DNA of 63,166 nucleotides, filler included, from Octopus bimaculoides (taxonomy: Eukaryota), in the NCBI RefSeq assembly GCF_001194135.2. It is 3 parts of 3 records of this genome, joined end to end, with 100 filler letters (N's around TTAATTAATTAA, not from the genome) between each part and the next. Parts side by side here need not be neighbours in the genome. Positions count along the whole stretch, not along the records: positions 1 to 29,743 come from NC_068993.1; 2 more parts are not named here. One strand, 5' to 3'. The stretch's first letter is position 1. Every line of letters begins with the position of its first letter. Shown one piece after another: positions 13,901 to 26,710 of the stretch. The translations under genes were made by a program, and so were the position numbers. Below the pieces are notes generated by a model. That model made no database searches, was not told the origin of the DNA, and was given only the letters and a program-made list of their open reading frames with translations.

Positions 13901-14748
13901 GCTGTACATCACACCCAGCTCTTTAAGCTCTCAGCTAAAATCTTGCTGAAGGCAACTTTGTCTTTCATCTTTCCGGGGTCGATAAAAACTCTACCAGTCA
14001 AGAACCGGGACGCGAAAAGAAGCATGGCCATTCCTTGTCCAAGTGACTTTATCCTATCGCCCACCACTTGGTATGCGATCATAAATTAGTTTGATAGTTG
14101 AGCTCTGATTGATTGTATGCAAATGAATTCATAACTGGGTCCGGAACTCTCGTGGGAAACAAAATTTCGCAACCGGGACCCATCTATCAATTTATCCCCT
14201 CCTCTCATATTTGCTTGCGTTGAGCCTAAATTAGAAATAATCATAATTGTTGTTGTTATTGTTGTTGGTGGTGATGTTGTTGTGGTTGTTCTCAATGCTG
14301 CTGTTGAGGCTTCATATGTTGTTCATTATTTTATGTTAAATGAATAACCATCAGGTCATAAAAAGACATTTGTAGTTTTGTTCACAGGAAATTCGACAAT
14401 TATAACACATTCGGAATATTTGCTGGAGGTACGAGTACACACAACAGAAGCTGAACGCTATCATTTGTGTCAAGCATCTGTACATTGACCGAGAGCCGAG
14501 AGATAAGGCAGCCCCACTCTAGATAAGAGTACTTAGGGGAACAACAAACACAAGAGCCTAATTGTAACTGTTTCAATCGTATAATAAACGTATTTCCTTA
14601 AAGCGACTGAATACTGTGTTGTAGAGTTAGTAGTAAAAACTAACATAGTTCTAAATATTGGCAAAACAACTAGATTTCTTACATTAATTACGAGGCGTGG
14701 TAAGTTCGAATTGTACGGAGCGATGTAGATACAGGACAGCATAGTATC

Positions 14749-14948
14749 TATTTCTTTATTGTCCACTGGGGGCTAAACATAGAGGCGACAAACAAGGACA
14801 GACAAAGGGTTTCAGTCGATTACATCGATCCCAGTGCGTAGCTGGTACTTATTTAATCGATCCCGAAAGGATGAAAGGCAAAGTCGACCTCGGCGGAATT
14901 TGAACTCAGAACGTAACGGCAGACGAAATACCGCCAAGCATTTCGCCC
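14749..14948 (-). mobile_element. 5'-truncated SINE family C with 18-bp target-site duplication
   Basis: ACAGGACAGCATAGTATC at 14731-14748 and 14949-14966; central GTCGACTTTGCCTTTCATCCTTTCGGG resembles the Meta/MESC SINE domain (recalled, not searched). Confidence 0.88.
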
Positions 14949-15009
14949 ACAGGACAGCATAGTATCGTAATATTTCATATGTAATGAGGAATAGAAATTT
15001 ACATATCTA

Positions 15010-15186
15010 GGTGCAGGAGTGGCTTATAGTGGCTGTGTAGTAAAAAGCTTGCTTCCCAACCACATGGTTCCGGGTTTAGTCCCACTGCATGGCACCTTGG
15101 GCAAGTGTCTTCTACTATAGCCTCGGACCGACCAAAGCCTTGAGAGTGGATTTAGTAGATGGAAACTGAAAGAAGCCCGTCATATT

Positions 15187-15272
<86 letters not shown>

Positions 15273-15970
15273 GTATATATGCGTATATCGGTACAGGACA
15301 CCACCAACAGTAAACAACATGAAACACGAAAACAGATGATTTCAATGTACAAACAACGAGAGAAATAAATGGAAAACATAACAAGTAACATAAAGAACGA
15401 CCCTTCATCAGTTGTCGGCTGTCTATCTACTCCTCATTTCGAGCATTCAACAATAATACGAGGCTTCGAAGACAGTTGCTCCCAAAAGTACCAAAATAAA
15501 ATTTGGGATTTATGGAGAGTCAAAATTGGGAACAAAAACAGGACAGTGGAGACATACAAGGAAACCGAACGAAAACAAACATGGAGGGTCGTTCGACCAG
15601 AACGAGGGTAAAATAGCGAACGTTGGGGAAATATTTTCTTTGAAAAGGTAAAAGAGAGGATACGNNNNNNNNNNNNNNNNNNNNNNNNNNNNNNNNNNNN
15701 NNNNNNNNNNNNNNNNNNNNNNNNNNNNNNNNNNNNNNNNNNNNNNNNNNNNNNNNNNNNNNNNNNNNNNNNNNNNNNNNNNNNNNNNNNNNNNNNNNNN
15801 NNNTTTGACAATTGATGTTGGATGTTTACGTCCCCGTAAACTAGCGGTTCGGCAGAAGAGACCGATAGAATAAGTACTGGGCTTACAAAGAATAAGTCCT
15901 GGGCTCGATTTTTTCGATTAAAGGTGGTGCTTCAGCATGGCCGTAATCAAATGACTGAAACAAGTAAAAG
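15010..15970 (+). mobile_element. CORE-like SINE family B (other copies about 5085-5225 +, 16020-16410 -, 21550-22000 +, 24850-25150 -, 33185-33550 +, 35850-36345 -, 38420-38830 -, 41000-41375 +, 44480-44810 -, 52712-53080 +, 54655-54830 -)
   Basis: Head GTGGCTGTGTGGTAAG, GTTCAGTCCC B-box, CORE-like GGCACCTTGGGCAAGTG, internal (TA)/(TG)n and a conserved tail ending AATGACTGAAACAA. Confidence 0.85.
15285..15664. repeat. Dispersed repeat (copy 2), inserted in the internal (TA)n of a SINE
   Basis: Similar to 7660-8040; splits the SINE at 15010-15970. Confidence 0.55.
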
Positions 15971-16516
15971 AAATAAAAGAAATATGAAAATAACACAAAT
16001 TAATTCTTTAATTATCTTTTATCTTTCCGACGTTTCAGTCGTTAGACTGCGGCCATGCTGAAGCATCACTTTGAAGAATTTTATTTGAACGAATCGACCC
16101 CAGTATTTATAATTTTTTTTTCTTTTTGTATGTAATGCCTGGTACTTATTCCATCGGTCACTTTTTGCCGTCCCGCTAGGTTACGCGGATGTCAAGCGGT
16201 GGTAGGGGACTAACACAGAACAGGCACACACACACGCATACACACAGGACAGGCTTCTTCCGGTTTTCGCATATCAAATCCACTCACAAAGCTTTGGTCG
16301 GCCCAAGGCTACAGAAGAAGACTCTTTCCCAAGGTACCACACAATGGGACTGAACCCGGAACCATGTAATTAGGAAGTAAGTTTCTGCACCACACGGCCA
16401 CGCTTGTGCCAGTACAATAACATTTCATATGATACGAGGAATAGGAAACATGCAAATAACACAAATAAATTCTTTAATTATCAGGATAAGCTCTAGAAAA
16501 AAAAAAAAGAGAGACC

Positions 16517-16547
<31 letters not shown>

Positions 16548-16755
16548 CGACCTTTCTTAGAAATGATCAGTCTTTTAAAACTATTAAAGTAAAACTCGTT
16601 TGCGAGACAACACTAAGTAAACTTATCGCATGTGGCGCCAAATAACTAAATATAAGTCAGGACAACAAGGTTATCGAACGTTAAACGCAAAATGAAAGGA
16701 GGCTATTTTAAAGATTTTAAGGACCGATAAAACTACTACTACTACTACTACTATG

Positions 16756-16804
<49 letters not shown>

Positions 16805-17109
16805 TCACCACTACTATTATTTACTACTAACAGATTAACAGAGGATATAGAAGGAAGTGAGTGAATAGCAATTCCATTGAAACGGACAAGTGTAACTCGT
16901 TGGCGCTGGCATTACAGTGTTGTCAAGAAGTGAGCTTTCGGAGCTTAGGGGTTGGGGTGTTCGGTCCCACTACGTCAGACAGCTGACGTCCTATCTCCTA
17001 AACCAGTGGGCCTCAACCATTTTTCTCCTATGGATCTCTTTTAATTTCGATTTTACTTCACTGGATATATATATGTGATGATGATGATGATGATGATGAT
17101 AATAATAAC

Positions 17110-17145
<36 letters not shown>

Positions 17146-17146
<1 letters not shown>

Positions 17147-17369
17147 GTACAGTAAGCCAAGATATAGATAAGTGGCAGAAGGAAATTGAAGTAGAATGCC
17201 CTGTAGAGCTCCTACAGAGAATTTGCCTCTTAGGGACAGCAAGGGTTATCAGGAGGATTCTAAGCACTTGAAAGACTGCCGAAAACGTGTGGATACCTAA
17301 GGCTACAGGTAGTAAGCCGCTACCCACAAAAATCCTACCAGGAATATGACCAAACCTGAGCTTGGTTTC
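17146..17369 (+). mobile_element. Short 3' fragment of a second R4/Dong-like element inside an (AAT)n tract
   Basis: Reads TVSQDIDKWQKEIEVECPVELLQRICLLGTARVIRRILST* (stop 17269-17271), matching the C-terminal LQK..LLGTARILRRVL motif; (AAT)n on both sides. Confidence 0.75.
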
Positions 17370-17391
17370 AATAATAATAATAATAATAATT

Positions 17392-17422
<31 letters not shown>

Positions 17423-17423
17423 C

Positions 17424-17456
<33 letters not shown>

Positions 17457-18478
17457 TTCAAATTTTTGCACAAGGTGCCCGAGATTTCGGAATGGAAATG
17501 TGTACACCTTGTAGCTACCAAAAGTGGCTGTGAAGGCTCGTGACTTGTAATCTCGCGTCTCGTCGATGGCCCCTACATCTTTATCTAGTGACCTGAGGTC
17601 GTTGAGTGGGTAGTTCTGTTTCCATGGCAGTCTCAAACGACGTGAATTTACACTACCTAATATGTAAAGTAGTTAAACGGAAAGGAGAAAGGTGAGAAAG
17701 CGCACTTGCCCCATTCCTATAGAGAGAGAGAGATATTCCGTCACTCCCGCTGTTTGTGGATAGTTCCATAAGCAGTTCTTTATATACTCTTTTTGTTTAT
17801 ATTTCCCCTGAAGTCTCCTACTTCTTTTGGGATAGCTTTTAAGATGTTGTATATATGTTGTGATAGTTGGAGAATTTTTATGTGTGCTGGAATGCTATTA
17901 GGCAATGTAATGTAATCATTGTATGTGATGCTTGTAGCTTATATATGTGATCCTTTAGTTTTCTTATTGTTTGTGTTTATGGATGTGTAGCTAATGATTT
18001 CTTTTCTGTTTGTGTTGTGTGTGTTCTGACACTCGCTATGTGCGTGAGATAGGCTATGCTTGGGCTTACAATGGTGGTTTCTGTGACAGTGATGGTGGTG
18101 GTGATGGAAATATGGTATTGATGGTGATAATCTAGCTGCTGTTGTGGGTGGCGTTGGCGTATCTTTGCCCAAAAGCATCACCTCCGTATGTTCACATCTT
18201 CCTGTTTTATTGTTGGAGTTCTTCCGTTTTCTTTCCGTTTCTTTCCTCCAGTGACTTATTGCTATTTATGCACTTCACCGCCACCTTCGTCACACAACTT
18301 AACTTGTCAGTGTGATGTGAGTCAGGGAGGGGCATATTGGAGGGAGTGAGGGTTGTCTGTTACTGTTTTCTGTGATCTGGTGGCTTTGATGAGGGTATAC
18401 CGTCTGTTATTTTTTGCTGATGTTGCTTCCACGGTTGGCGTTGGTTTGCTACTGTTGATGTCGAATCTGTTTTTTCAG

Positions 18479-18698
18479 ATTACAGATAAATTTACCGCCA
18501 TCAATTCACCGTGAGGAAAGTTCACCGCGAGAAAAGTTTACCGAGAAAATATATCCATAGTAAAAAGCTATTTAATTGTTAAAAGCTATTTAATTGTTAA
18601 AAGCTATTTAATTGATAAAAAAAAAATTTAAAAAACGGTGAACTGATGACGATGAACTTTCCCTGCAATGAACTGACGACGGTGAACTTACTGGATAT
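18479..18698. mobile_element. Foldback/MITE-like element with ~60-bp imperfect TIRs built of ~15-bp subrepeats
   Basis: Left arm has TTCACCG units, right arm CGGTGAA units; internal 18-bp unit TAAAAGCTATTTAATTGT x3. Confidence 0.6.
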
Positions 18699-18922
18699 GG
18701 TTTCTGGTCTTGTAGTTAATGCTGCTACCACAATCATTGTTACTGCAGCCGCAAGGTGTTGCTGTAGTTTTTGTAGTTTCTGCAAGATGTTGCTGTAGTT
18801 TGTGTTGTGGTTGCTTCAGTTGTTGCTAATTTTGATGTTGTGATGCTGTAATGCTGGCTGTAGAGCAGACCAGCTTTCGGCTGTCATTTTCTGCTGTTGT
18901 CGGGGTTGAAGAAAGACTTGAG

Positions 18923-19066
18923 TTAATCAATGGCTCCAAAGTTATAACATCGAGGCCTCTTGCTCTCCACAACCAACTGTTGTTGCTGCCCTTCGGGTAT
19001 ATCTATTAGGTCGGGGATTTTGTCGAGTGCCTCAGGTCTCACCTGAACCAGGACCTCCAAATATTC
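18923..19066 (-). pseudogene. Probable L1/Tx1 ORF1 relic (degenerate zinc-knuckle region)
   Basis: EYLEVLVQVRPEALDKIPDLIDIPEG...LVVESKRPRCYNFG resembles, from recall, the ORF1 V.VEGR.P.C..CG motif. Confidence 0.45.
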
Positions 19067-19930
19067 TTTGTTGTGTTTTCTCTACCACTACTCTTGTTGC
19101 TATCATCGTTCTTCCCTTCACGGTCGTTATTGCTTGTTATTGGAAGAGTGTGAAGGTGATCGTAGCTTTGTTTGTGCTGATTTTGAGTTGTTGTTGTTGT
19201 TGGTGGTGGTGGTGGTGGCGGCGGCGACGGTGGCGGCGGCGNNNNNNNNNNNNNNNNNNNNNNNNNNNNNNNNNNNNNNNNNNNNNNNNNNNNNNNNNNN
19301 NNNNNNNNNNNNNNNNNNNNNNNNNNNNNNNNNNNNNNNGTGGTGGCGGTGGATGCGGCGGCGGTGGCGGCGACGGTGGTGGTGGTGGTGGTGGTGGTGG
19401 TGTTGGTGCTGGTACTGGTTTTGGTGGTGGCAATGCATGCTTCTCTGATGCTGGTAATTCAGCGAGCCGACATAATCATCGTTTCTGCAGCAGCTTCTGT
19501 TGTTGCAGTTGTTGCTGTTGTTGTTGTTGTATTCGTCAGTTGCAACTAAGTTCCTCACCATTCCTTCGTTGTTGTTGTTTCTGTTATTGTTCTTGTTATT
19601 CTCGTATTCGTCTCTGATACAGGTAGCATACATTTAGTGATGTTTGAGTTGAGGTAAGAGGAACCGCCGCTTCATACAGTTTAGCTGGCGTGTTTTGTGG
19701 TGTCGCCATGATTTTAGTATTAAAATTTACGACAGGGTGAAAGTTTGTTATAAGAAAGGAGCTCCTTGGTCCCCACACTTACACTCCACCTCTTCACGCA
19801 GTAAAGTAGGATCTCTTTTTCAACGAAATGTCCCAAAATATTAAACAAAGCCAAGTAATTCAAAATATTTAAAAATATTTAAAAAACTACCTTTTACGCG
19901 CGAAAGGAAGCGCGTAATAAAAACAACAAC

Positions 19931-20145
19931 AATCCATTCTACAATAAGCACAAGGCCTGAAATCGTGGAGGAGGGCATAAGTCGATTACATCAACCCCAG
20001 TACTCGATTGGCACTTATTTTAACGACCCTGGAAGGATGAAAGGCAAAGTCGACCCCGACAGAATTTGAACTCAGAACGTAAAGACGGACAAAGTACTGC
20101 TAAGCATTTTGTCCGGCATGCTAACGATTCTGCCAACTCACCATC

Positions 20146-20198
<53 letters not shown>

Positions 20199-20237
20199 NN
20201 NNNNNNNNCATGCTAACGATTCTGCCAACTCACCATC

Positions 20238-20302
<65 letters not shown>

Positions 20303-20514
20303 CTTTTCTACTATAGGCACAAGGCCAGAAATTTCGGGGAGAGGGGAATAGTCGATTACATCGACCCCAGTGTTTCACTGGTACTTAATTTATCGACCCC
20401 GAAGGGATGAAGGGCAAAGTCGACCCCGACGGCATTTGAACTCAGAACGTGAAGACCGACGAAATGCTGCTAAGCATTTCGTCCGATGTGCTAACGATTC
20501 TGCCAGCTTGCGCC

Positions 20515-20515
<1 letters not shown>
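19931..20515 (-). mobile_element. Tandem SINE family C copies separated by (AAT)n (other copies about 11505-11660 +, 13940-14030 +, 25975-26150 +, 28671-28885 -, 30034-30245 +, 33923-34144 -, 34385-34562 -, 34930-35146 -, 41533-41730 -, 44290-44460 -)
   Basis: tRNA-like head (TGGCAGAATCGTTAG, GAGTTCAAAT) plus the same central domain. Confidence 0.85.
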
Positions 20516-20554
<39 letters not shown>

Positions 20555-21258
20555 NNNNNNNNNNNNNNNNNNNNNNNNNNNNNNNNNNNNNNNNNNNNNN
20601 NNNNNNNNNNNNNNNNNNNNNNNNNNNNNNNNNNNNNNNNNNNNNNNNNNNNNNNNNNNNNNNNNNNNNNNNNNNNNNNNNNNNNNNNNNNNNNNNNNNN
20701 NNNNNNNNNNNNNNNNNNNNNNNNNNNNNNNNNNNNNNNNNNNNNNNNNNNNNNNNNNNNNNNNNNNNNNNNNNNNNNNNNNNNNNNNNNNNNNNNNNNN
20801 NNNNNNNNNNNNNNNNNNNNNNNNNNNNNNNNNNNNNNNNNNNNNNNNNNNNNNNNNNNNNNNNNNNNNNNNNNNNNNNNNNNNNNNNNNNNNNNNNNNN
20901 NNNNNNNNNNNNNNNNNNNNNNNNNNNNNNNNNNNNNNNNNNNNNNNNNNNNNNNNNNNNNNNNNNNNNNNNNNNNNNNNNNNNNNNNNNNNNNNNNNNN
21001 NNNNNNNNNNNNNNNNNNNNNNNNNNNNNNNNNNNNNNNNNNNNNNNNNNNNNNNNNNNNNNNNNNNNNNNNNNNNNNNNNNNNNNNNNNNNNNNNNNNN
21101 NNNNNNNNNNNNNNNNNNNNNNNNNNNNNNNNNNNNNNNNNNNNNNNNNNNNNNNNNNNNNNNNNNNNNNNNNNNNNNNNNNNNNNNNNNNNNNNNNNNN
21201 NNNNNNNNNNNNNNNNNNNNNNNNNNNNNNNNNNNNNNNNNNNNNNNNNNNNNNNNNN

Positions 21259-21307
<49 letters not shown>

Positions 21308-22049
21308 CATACATGCATATCTACATATATACAACATCGTTATGTCATATATGTATTCATGTTTACCAGAGGAAAATAAATACTTCGTTAACTGAGTATA
21401 TCATAAATAGTGAAATCACGAATGATCAACGACTGAATTATAAACCAATGAATGGCAATGTTAATACCATATCTGCATCACAACTTGCTGCTGCTACATA
21501 AACATAATTACGTCACTAATATCGGATATGTTACAACTATAGTTATGCTGTAGGCGCAGGCGTAGTAGCTGTGTGGTAAGAAGCTTGCTTCCCAACCACA
21601 TGGCTCTGGGTCCAGTCCTACTGCGTTTCACCTTGGGCAAATACCATCTACTTTAGCCTCTGGTCGACCAACGACCTCAAGCAAGAGGTCTTCTACTATA
21701 CCCTCGGGCTGACCAAAGCCTTGTGAATGGATTTGGTAGACGGAAACTGAAAGAAGCCCGTCGTATATGTATATATCTATGTGTGCATGTGTGCGTGTGT
21801 GTGTGTCTTTGCCTGTGTGTCTTTGCCTGTGTGTCTTATCCCCATCAACGCATGACAACTGGTGCTTGCGTGTTTACGTCATATAACTTAGAGACGGATA
21901 TAGGCTTAAAAAATAAGTCCTGGGGGCGATTTGTTCGACTAAAACCCTTCAAGGCGGTGCCCCAGTATTGCTGCAGTCCAATGGCTGAAATTAGTAAAAT
22001 ATATTCTTATCTCTTATGTATTGCATTACTCATTATGAGTAGCACTGAT

Positions 22050-22370
22050 ATATGTCTTCTGTGTGTAAAATGCCTGAACGCCTATCCCTTACGCATTGTT
22101 TGTGTAGGCTACGGTCCGCTTGAACTTCCAGAGAATCACAGTTCTGTAGGTGAATGACTGGACAAATTCGGGAAGGGGTCTGGGGATAAGAGATAGCCGG
22201 TTCGACGTAGGTGTAGCCAGACGGGCGCATTGATGGAGGATCCTAATTAATGTATAACGACCATATATATTACGAGAGAGCGAGTTTCGGGAGGATTGGT
22301 TCCTCAAGAAGGAAATAGGAAGCACTGATATCGATGACAATGTAATGTGGGTGATGGACAATAGAATTAG
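22050..22370 (-). pseudogene. Possible CR1/Jockey-like LINE C-terminal relic
   Basis: QSFTYRTVILW resembles the SF..RT..LWN motif. Confidence 0.35.
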
Positions 22371-23318
22371 GAGTGAGAGACTGACTTTTGTGTGTATGTT
22401 GCTATAGAAGAATCGGAAACAGTGGGACTGTGTTGATGGTGATAATGTTGGGAGAGATAGAGAAGGGGAGATAATTTATTATTGAAACTGGAAATTAACG
22501 GCCAAGCCATGTAAAATAGCTTATGTGCTTTGACATTATTCAAAAGCAAATTTGCCGAAATTGGGAGCTTAGTAATTTGTATGCCATGTGAAGAAGGCTT
22601 GTAAGAAAGTATTAAAAGTATTAAATGCAAGTAAACTATCGACTTCTCTTTCATAAGTCAGTTCAACCAAATGTTTTTGACCAGATAGAATTTCAGTAAT
22701 CATGACTGTTTTCGTTTGGGCTGTTAACTTGATCATTGATCTGTTGAGGCTGAAGTAAATGAGAGCAAAGCGAATCACTCTCTCTGTCTCTGTACAGCTG
22801 TTGACCCAACCCTTGACACGTCTAATATATCGGAACTTACTATAAGGTTTCTTCTATTGTCTTCTCTTTTGTTTCATTGATATGAAACCCGTCTGACTTA
22901 TATTTCCCCCTGGTTTAACTCTATGAAATAGTCGACATTTCATCGAAGCTATAATTTCTTTAGAAATATTTTGTAACCAAATACTACCATTTTGAAAAAT
23001 TCCTTTTCCTAATTCATTATGAGATTTAATAACAAATTATATCGGAGAAAGACTTAGTAAATATGATTCTTTGAGAGCATTATGATTTTCTTTAATTTCC
23101 TGTGTTCTAAGCAATGAAATAATAGAGGCGGCTGTTGGCATCTTCCCTTTGTTCTCTATTCATATACGACAGAAAAAAATTTAAAAACTGCGAACATTCT
23201 TTTTAATCCTACTGAAGTCGACATCGCCTGTTCCTATTGGGGTAGACATAATCAATTGTTCGCAGTGTCGACGTTTGTACAAAATTTAACCATTACTATC
23301 CTTGTAGTGTCTAGAAGA

Positions 23319-23697
23319 GGCGCAATGGCCCAGTGGTTAGAGCAGCGGTCTCGTGGTCGTAGGATCGCGGTTTCAATTCGCAGACCGCGCATTGTGAGTG
23401 TTTATTGAGCGAAGGCACCTAAAGCCCCACGAGGATCCGGTAGAGAGTGGTGGCAAACATTGCAGTACTATTTCACCACAATTTTCTCTCACTCTTTCTT
23501 CCTGTTTTTGTTGTGCCTGTAATTCAAAAGGTCAGCCTTGTCACACTCTGTGTACCGCTGAATCTCCCCGAGAACTACGTTAAGGGTACACGTGTTTGTG
23601 GAGTGCTCAGCCACTTGCAAGTTAATTTCACACGCAGGCTGTTCTGTTGATCGGATCAACTGGAAACCTCGTCTTCATAACCGACGGAGCGCCACGA
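23319..23697 (+). mobile_element. tRNA-derived SINE family A
   Basis: A-box TGGCCCAGTGG, B-box-like GTTTCAATTC; body shared with the other copies. Confidence 0.85.
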
Positions 23698-24201
23698 TTG
23701 TCTATAGTATTATTCCTGTTTATTAGTGTAATTACTGCATTATGTCTACTCAACTGTATTTTATTATTATATGTAATATTTTGTGCTTTAATAAGTGTGA
23801 TTTAATTTCTGTGCATTTAACCAATTGCATTTATAGCTTTTACTTATGCAATGTATCTTACAAACTACACGTCAAATATTTATGTACAAAAACAAAAAGA
23901 TATAACTAAACGGGGTTTCTAGGTCTACTATAAAGACATGTTATGACAGAGCCAGCTGTTACGCACTTTGTAGTTTTCCAGTGAATTAAATCTTTTTCCA
24001 CTAATATTCATGCGAGCTAACTTTATATAAGCAAATACTATGTCGGTATTATTGTTACTAAGCATCCGCTTCCATATAAACATAAGCATCCCAGAAGGCC
24101 CTGTCTCTTTTCTGTGCTATTTACCTGTCTGTCTGTATACATAGTGCTCACAATTTTTTTAAAATTTATGAGCTGGTTTAAAAGAGGAAGTATATTTTGT
24201 A

Positions 24202-24515
24202 TGTGGCTTGGTGGTTAAGGTCTTCGACTCACGATCGTAAACTCGAGAGTTCGATTCCCAGCGGTGAGTTGTGTCCTTGAGCAAGACACTTTATTTCGCG
24301 TTACTCCAGTTCACTCAGCTGGCAAAGATGAGTTGTACCTGTAATTCAAAACGGCCGACCTTGTCACGTTCTGTGTCACACTGAATCTCTCCGAGAATTA
24401 CGTTAAGAGCACGCGTGTCTGCGGAGTGCTCAGCCACTTGCACGTTAATTTCACGAGCAGGCTGTCCCGTTGATCCGATCAACTGGAACCCGAGTCGTCG
24501 TAATTGACGGAATTC
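24202..24515 (+). mobile_element. SINE family A variant (CORE-like middle, family A tail)
   Basis: tRNA-like head with GTTCGATTCCC, then TGTGTCCTTGAGCAAGACACTTT, then the same 3' ~170 bp as family A. Confidence 0.8.
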
Positions 24516-24667
24516 TAGTTATGGATGGCTATAATCATCTACATCTGTATATATTTATATCTAACTGCCTATCTATACTTATGTATAAAGAAAATATGCA
24601 CACATGCGCAGATACACCTAGATGCATGCATACACTGTTTCATGTATCTGTGTGTGTTTATGCATGC

Positions 24668-24748
<81 letters not shown>

Positions 24749-25356
24749 CATGTATGGATACATGTTAATGTATATATGATTGTATATATGAATGGATATA
24801 TATGAACGTGTGTACGTGTGTATGTATTCTTATCTTTCATTCTCTTACTAGTTGAAATTATTAGACTGCGATCATGCTGGAGCAGTGAGGCACAAATATA
24901 AAGACGCATACATACACACACTCACTCACATCCATAGATAGAAAGATAGATAGAAAGATAGATAGAAAGATAGATAGAAAGATAGATAGATAAACAGATG
25001 GGTTTTCTCATAGTTACCGTCTACCAAATTCACACACAATGATTGGTAGGTCGGAAGTGATAGAAAATACTTTTTCAAGACACCGTACAGCGGGATTGAA
25101 CCAGAAAGCCTTTGTGGTTGCAAAGCAGACTTGTTAATCACGCAGCTACCTGTACCTTGTATGTGTAAGTAAAGACTTATAAGATTAGAATTTTTTCCTC
25201 TTTATATCTATTTACTGACGTTATTTCTAGAAAGATAGTATTGTAGTCTGAGATTAGTTTCTACCACAAATATCTAATCTCAATGAAACGTAGAATACAA
25301 AGATTAAAACATAATGACATTTTGTGAATGGTTTCTCAGTGTTGTCTCTCAACACA

Positions 25357-25602
25357 GGATGTCGGAATGCCGAATGTCGGAATGCAGAATGTCGGAATGC
25401 CGAATGTCGGAATGTCAAATGTTGGAATATTAGTTGTAGTAGGGCTGAATGTGGGAATAACGAATATTGGAATACAGGATGTTCGAACATTCGATGTCGG
25501 AGTATTGAATGTCAGAATGTAGAATGTCAGAACAATAGATATTGAAAAACTGGATCTCGGAATACTGGATGTAAGAATGTCGGAATACTGAATGTCGGAT
25601 TC
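25357..25602. repeat. Degenerate 15-bp minisatellite (GAATGTCGGAATRCN)
   Basis: About 16 units, most similar at the left end. Confidence 0.85.
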
Positions 25603-26234
25603 ATGGGTGCCTCAGCAATAGCCGCAATATTAACAATCAAAATAATTCTCATTGGCTTATTTTATTTTCAGGCTTAATGTATCTTGGTCTACATTACATA
25701 ATGTGTCTTTCCCATTTTATGGGAGTAGGACCTGATTTGATGGCCATTTGCTTGTTATTTCTAGCGGGTCAAGGAAGCACATAGAAGCTTCCCGAAATAA
25801 CTTTGATCATTGAACTCCTCGATGAGAGCAAAACGCAACAGCAACAACATCAAGCATTACCAAGCTGTGGAGTAGTACTAATATGAGTGTGTGTTCTAAT
25901 GTCCACAATTTGAATTGATTAATAATCAGCTTTTTACAAGGATCTTAACACACATAAGAAAGTGAACTTCACCGCTCAGATGGAATGCTTCGAAGTATTG
26001 CTTGCGGCTTTACTTTCTGAGTTCGAATGCCAACGAGATCGACTCTGTTTTTCCTCCCTTTCGGTGGTCGATAGAATAAGTCCCGGTGACGATGTAATCG
26101 ATTATCCCTCACCCCTAAACTTACTGATTTTTCTGCCGAACTTTGAAATCATAATTTATTCAATTTTCTTTCTATTTTGTTACGATTTTCTACGTGCTAG
26201 TTTTTTTTTGGTTTTTTTTTTATGAAATATATAC

Positions 26235-26323
26235 GCACCACCCTTCTGTCTTCAGATGCACCACCCTTCTGTCTTCAGAGGCACCACCCTTCTGTCTTCA
26301 GATGCACCACCTATTGTCTTCAG
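26235..26323. repeat. 23-bp tandem repeat, about 4 copies
   Basis: GCACCACCCTTCTGTCTTCAGA(T/G). Confidence 0.9.
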
Positions 26324-26581
26324 GCTTCGACTGTCGACATTTCACACTAGTTGTTCAGTTGTCATACGTATTTAATCACAACAACTGTTATATGTCAGTT
26401 TGTGCATTGGTATATTGTTAAAAAAACATCTCCCAATACAAGACTCCGTGATGTAGGAATTTTTAAAGTCTGTCTCACAGATATTGGGTTACAATCAACT
26501 TATCTCTTTGATAACTTCTCACTTTTACATATTATACATACATACATACATATATACATACATATATGTACACCCATATAT

Positions 26582-26631
<50 letters not shown>

Positions 26632-26670
26632 CATATATAGATACTGGAGTGAGGTGGATGTGTGCATATG

Positions 26671-26710
<40 letters not shown>

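Noticed and set aside
19027-19633. Poly-P/H/N/G ORFs resembling formin- or extensin-like proteins
   Set aside because: Mixed trinucleotide microsatellites with a gap; all frames are low complexity.
23319-23395. tRNA-like sequences at SINE heads
   Set aside because: A/B boxes are present but they run into SINE bodies, with no complete cloverleaf.
26235-26323. Short direct repeats as a possible CRISPR array
   Set aside because: No spacers, eukaryotic context, no cas genes.
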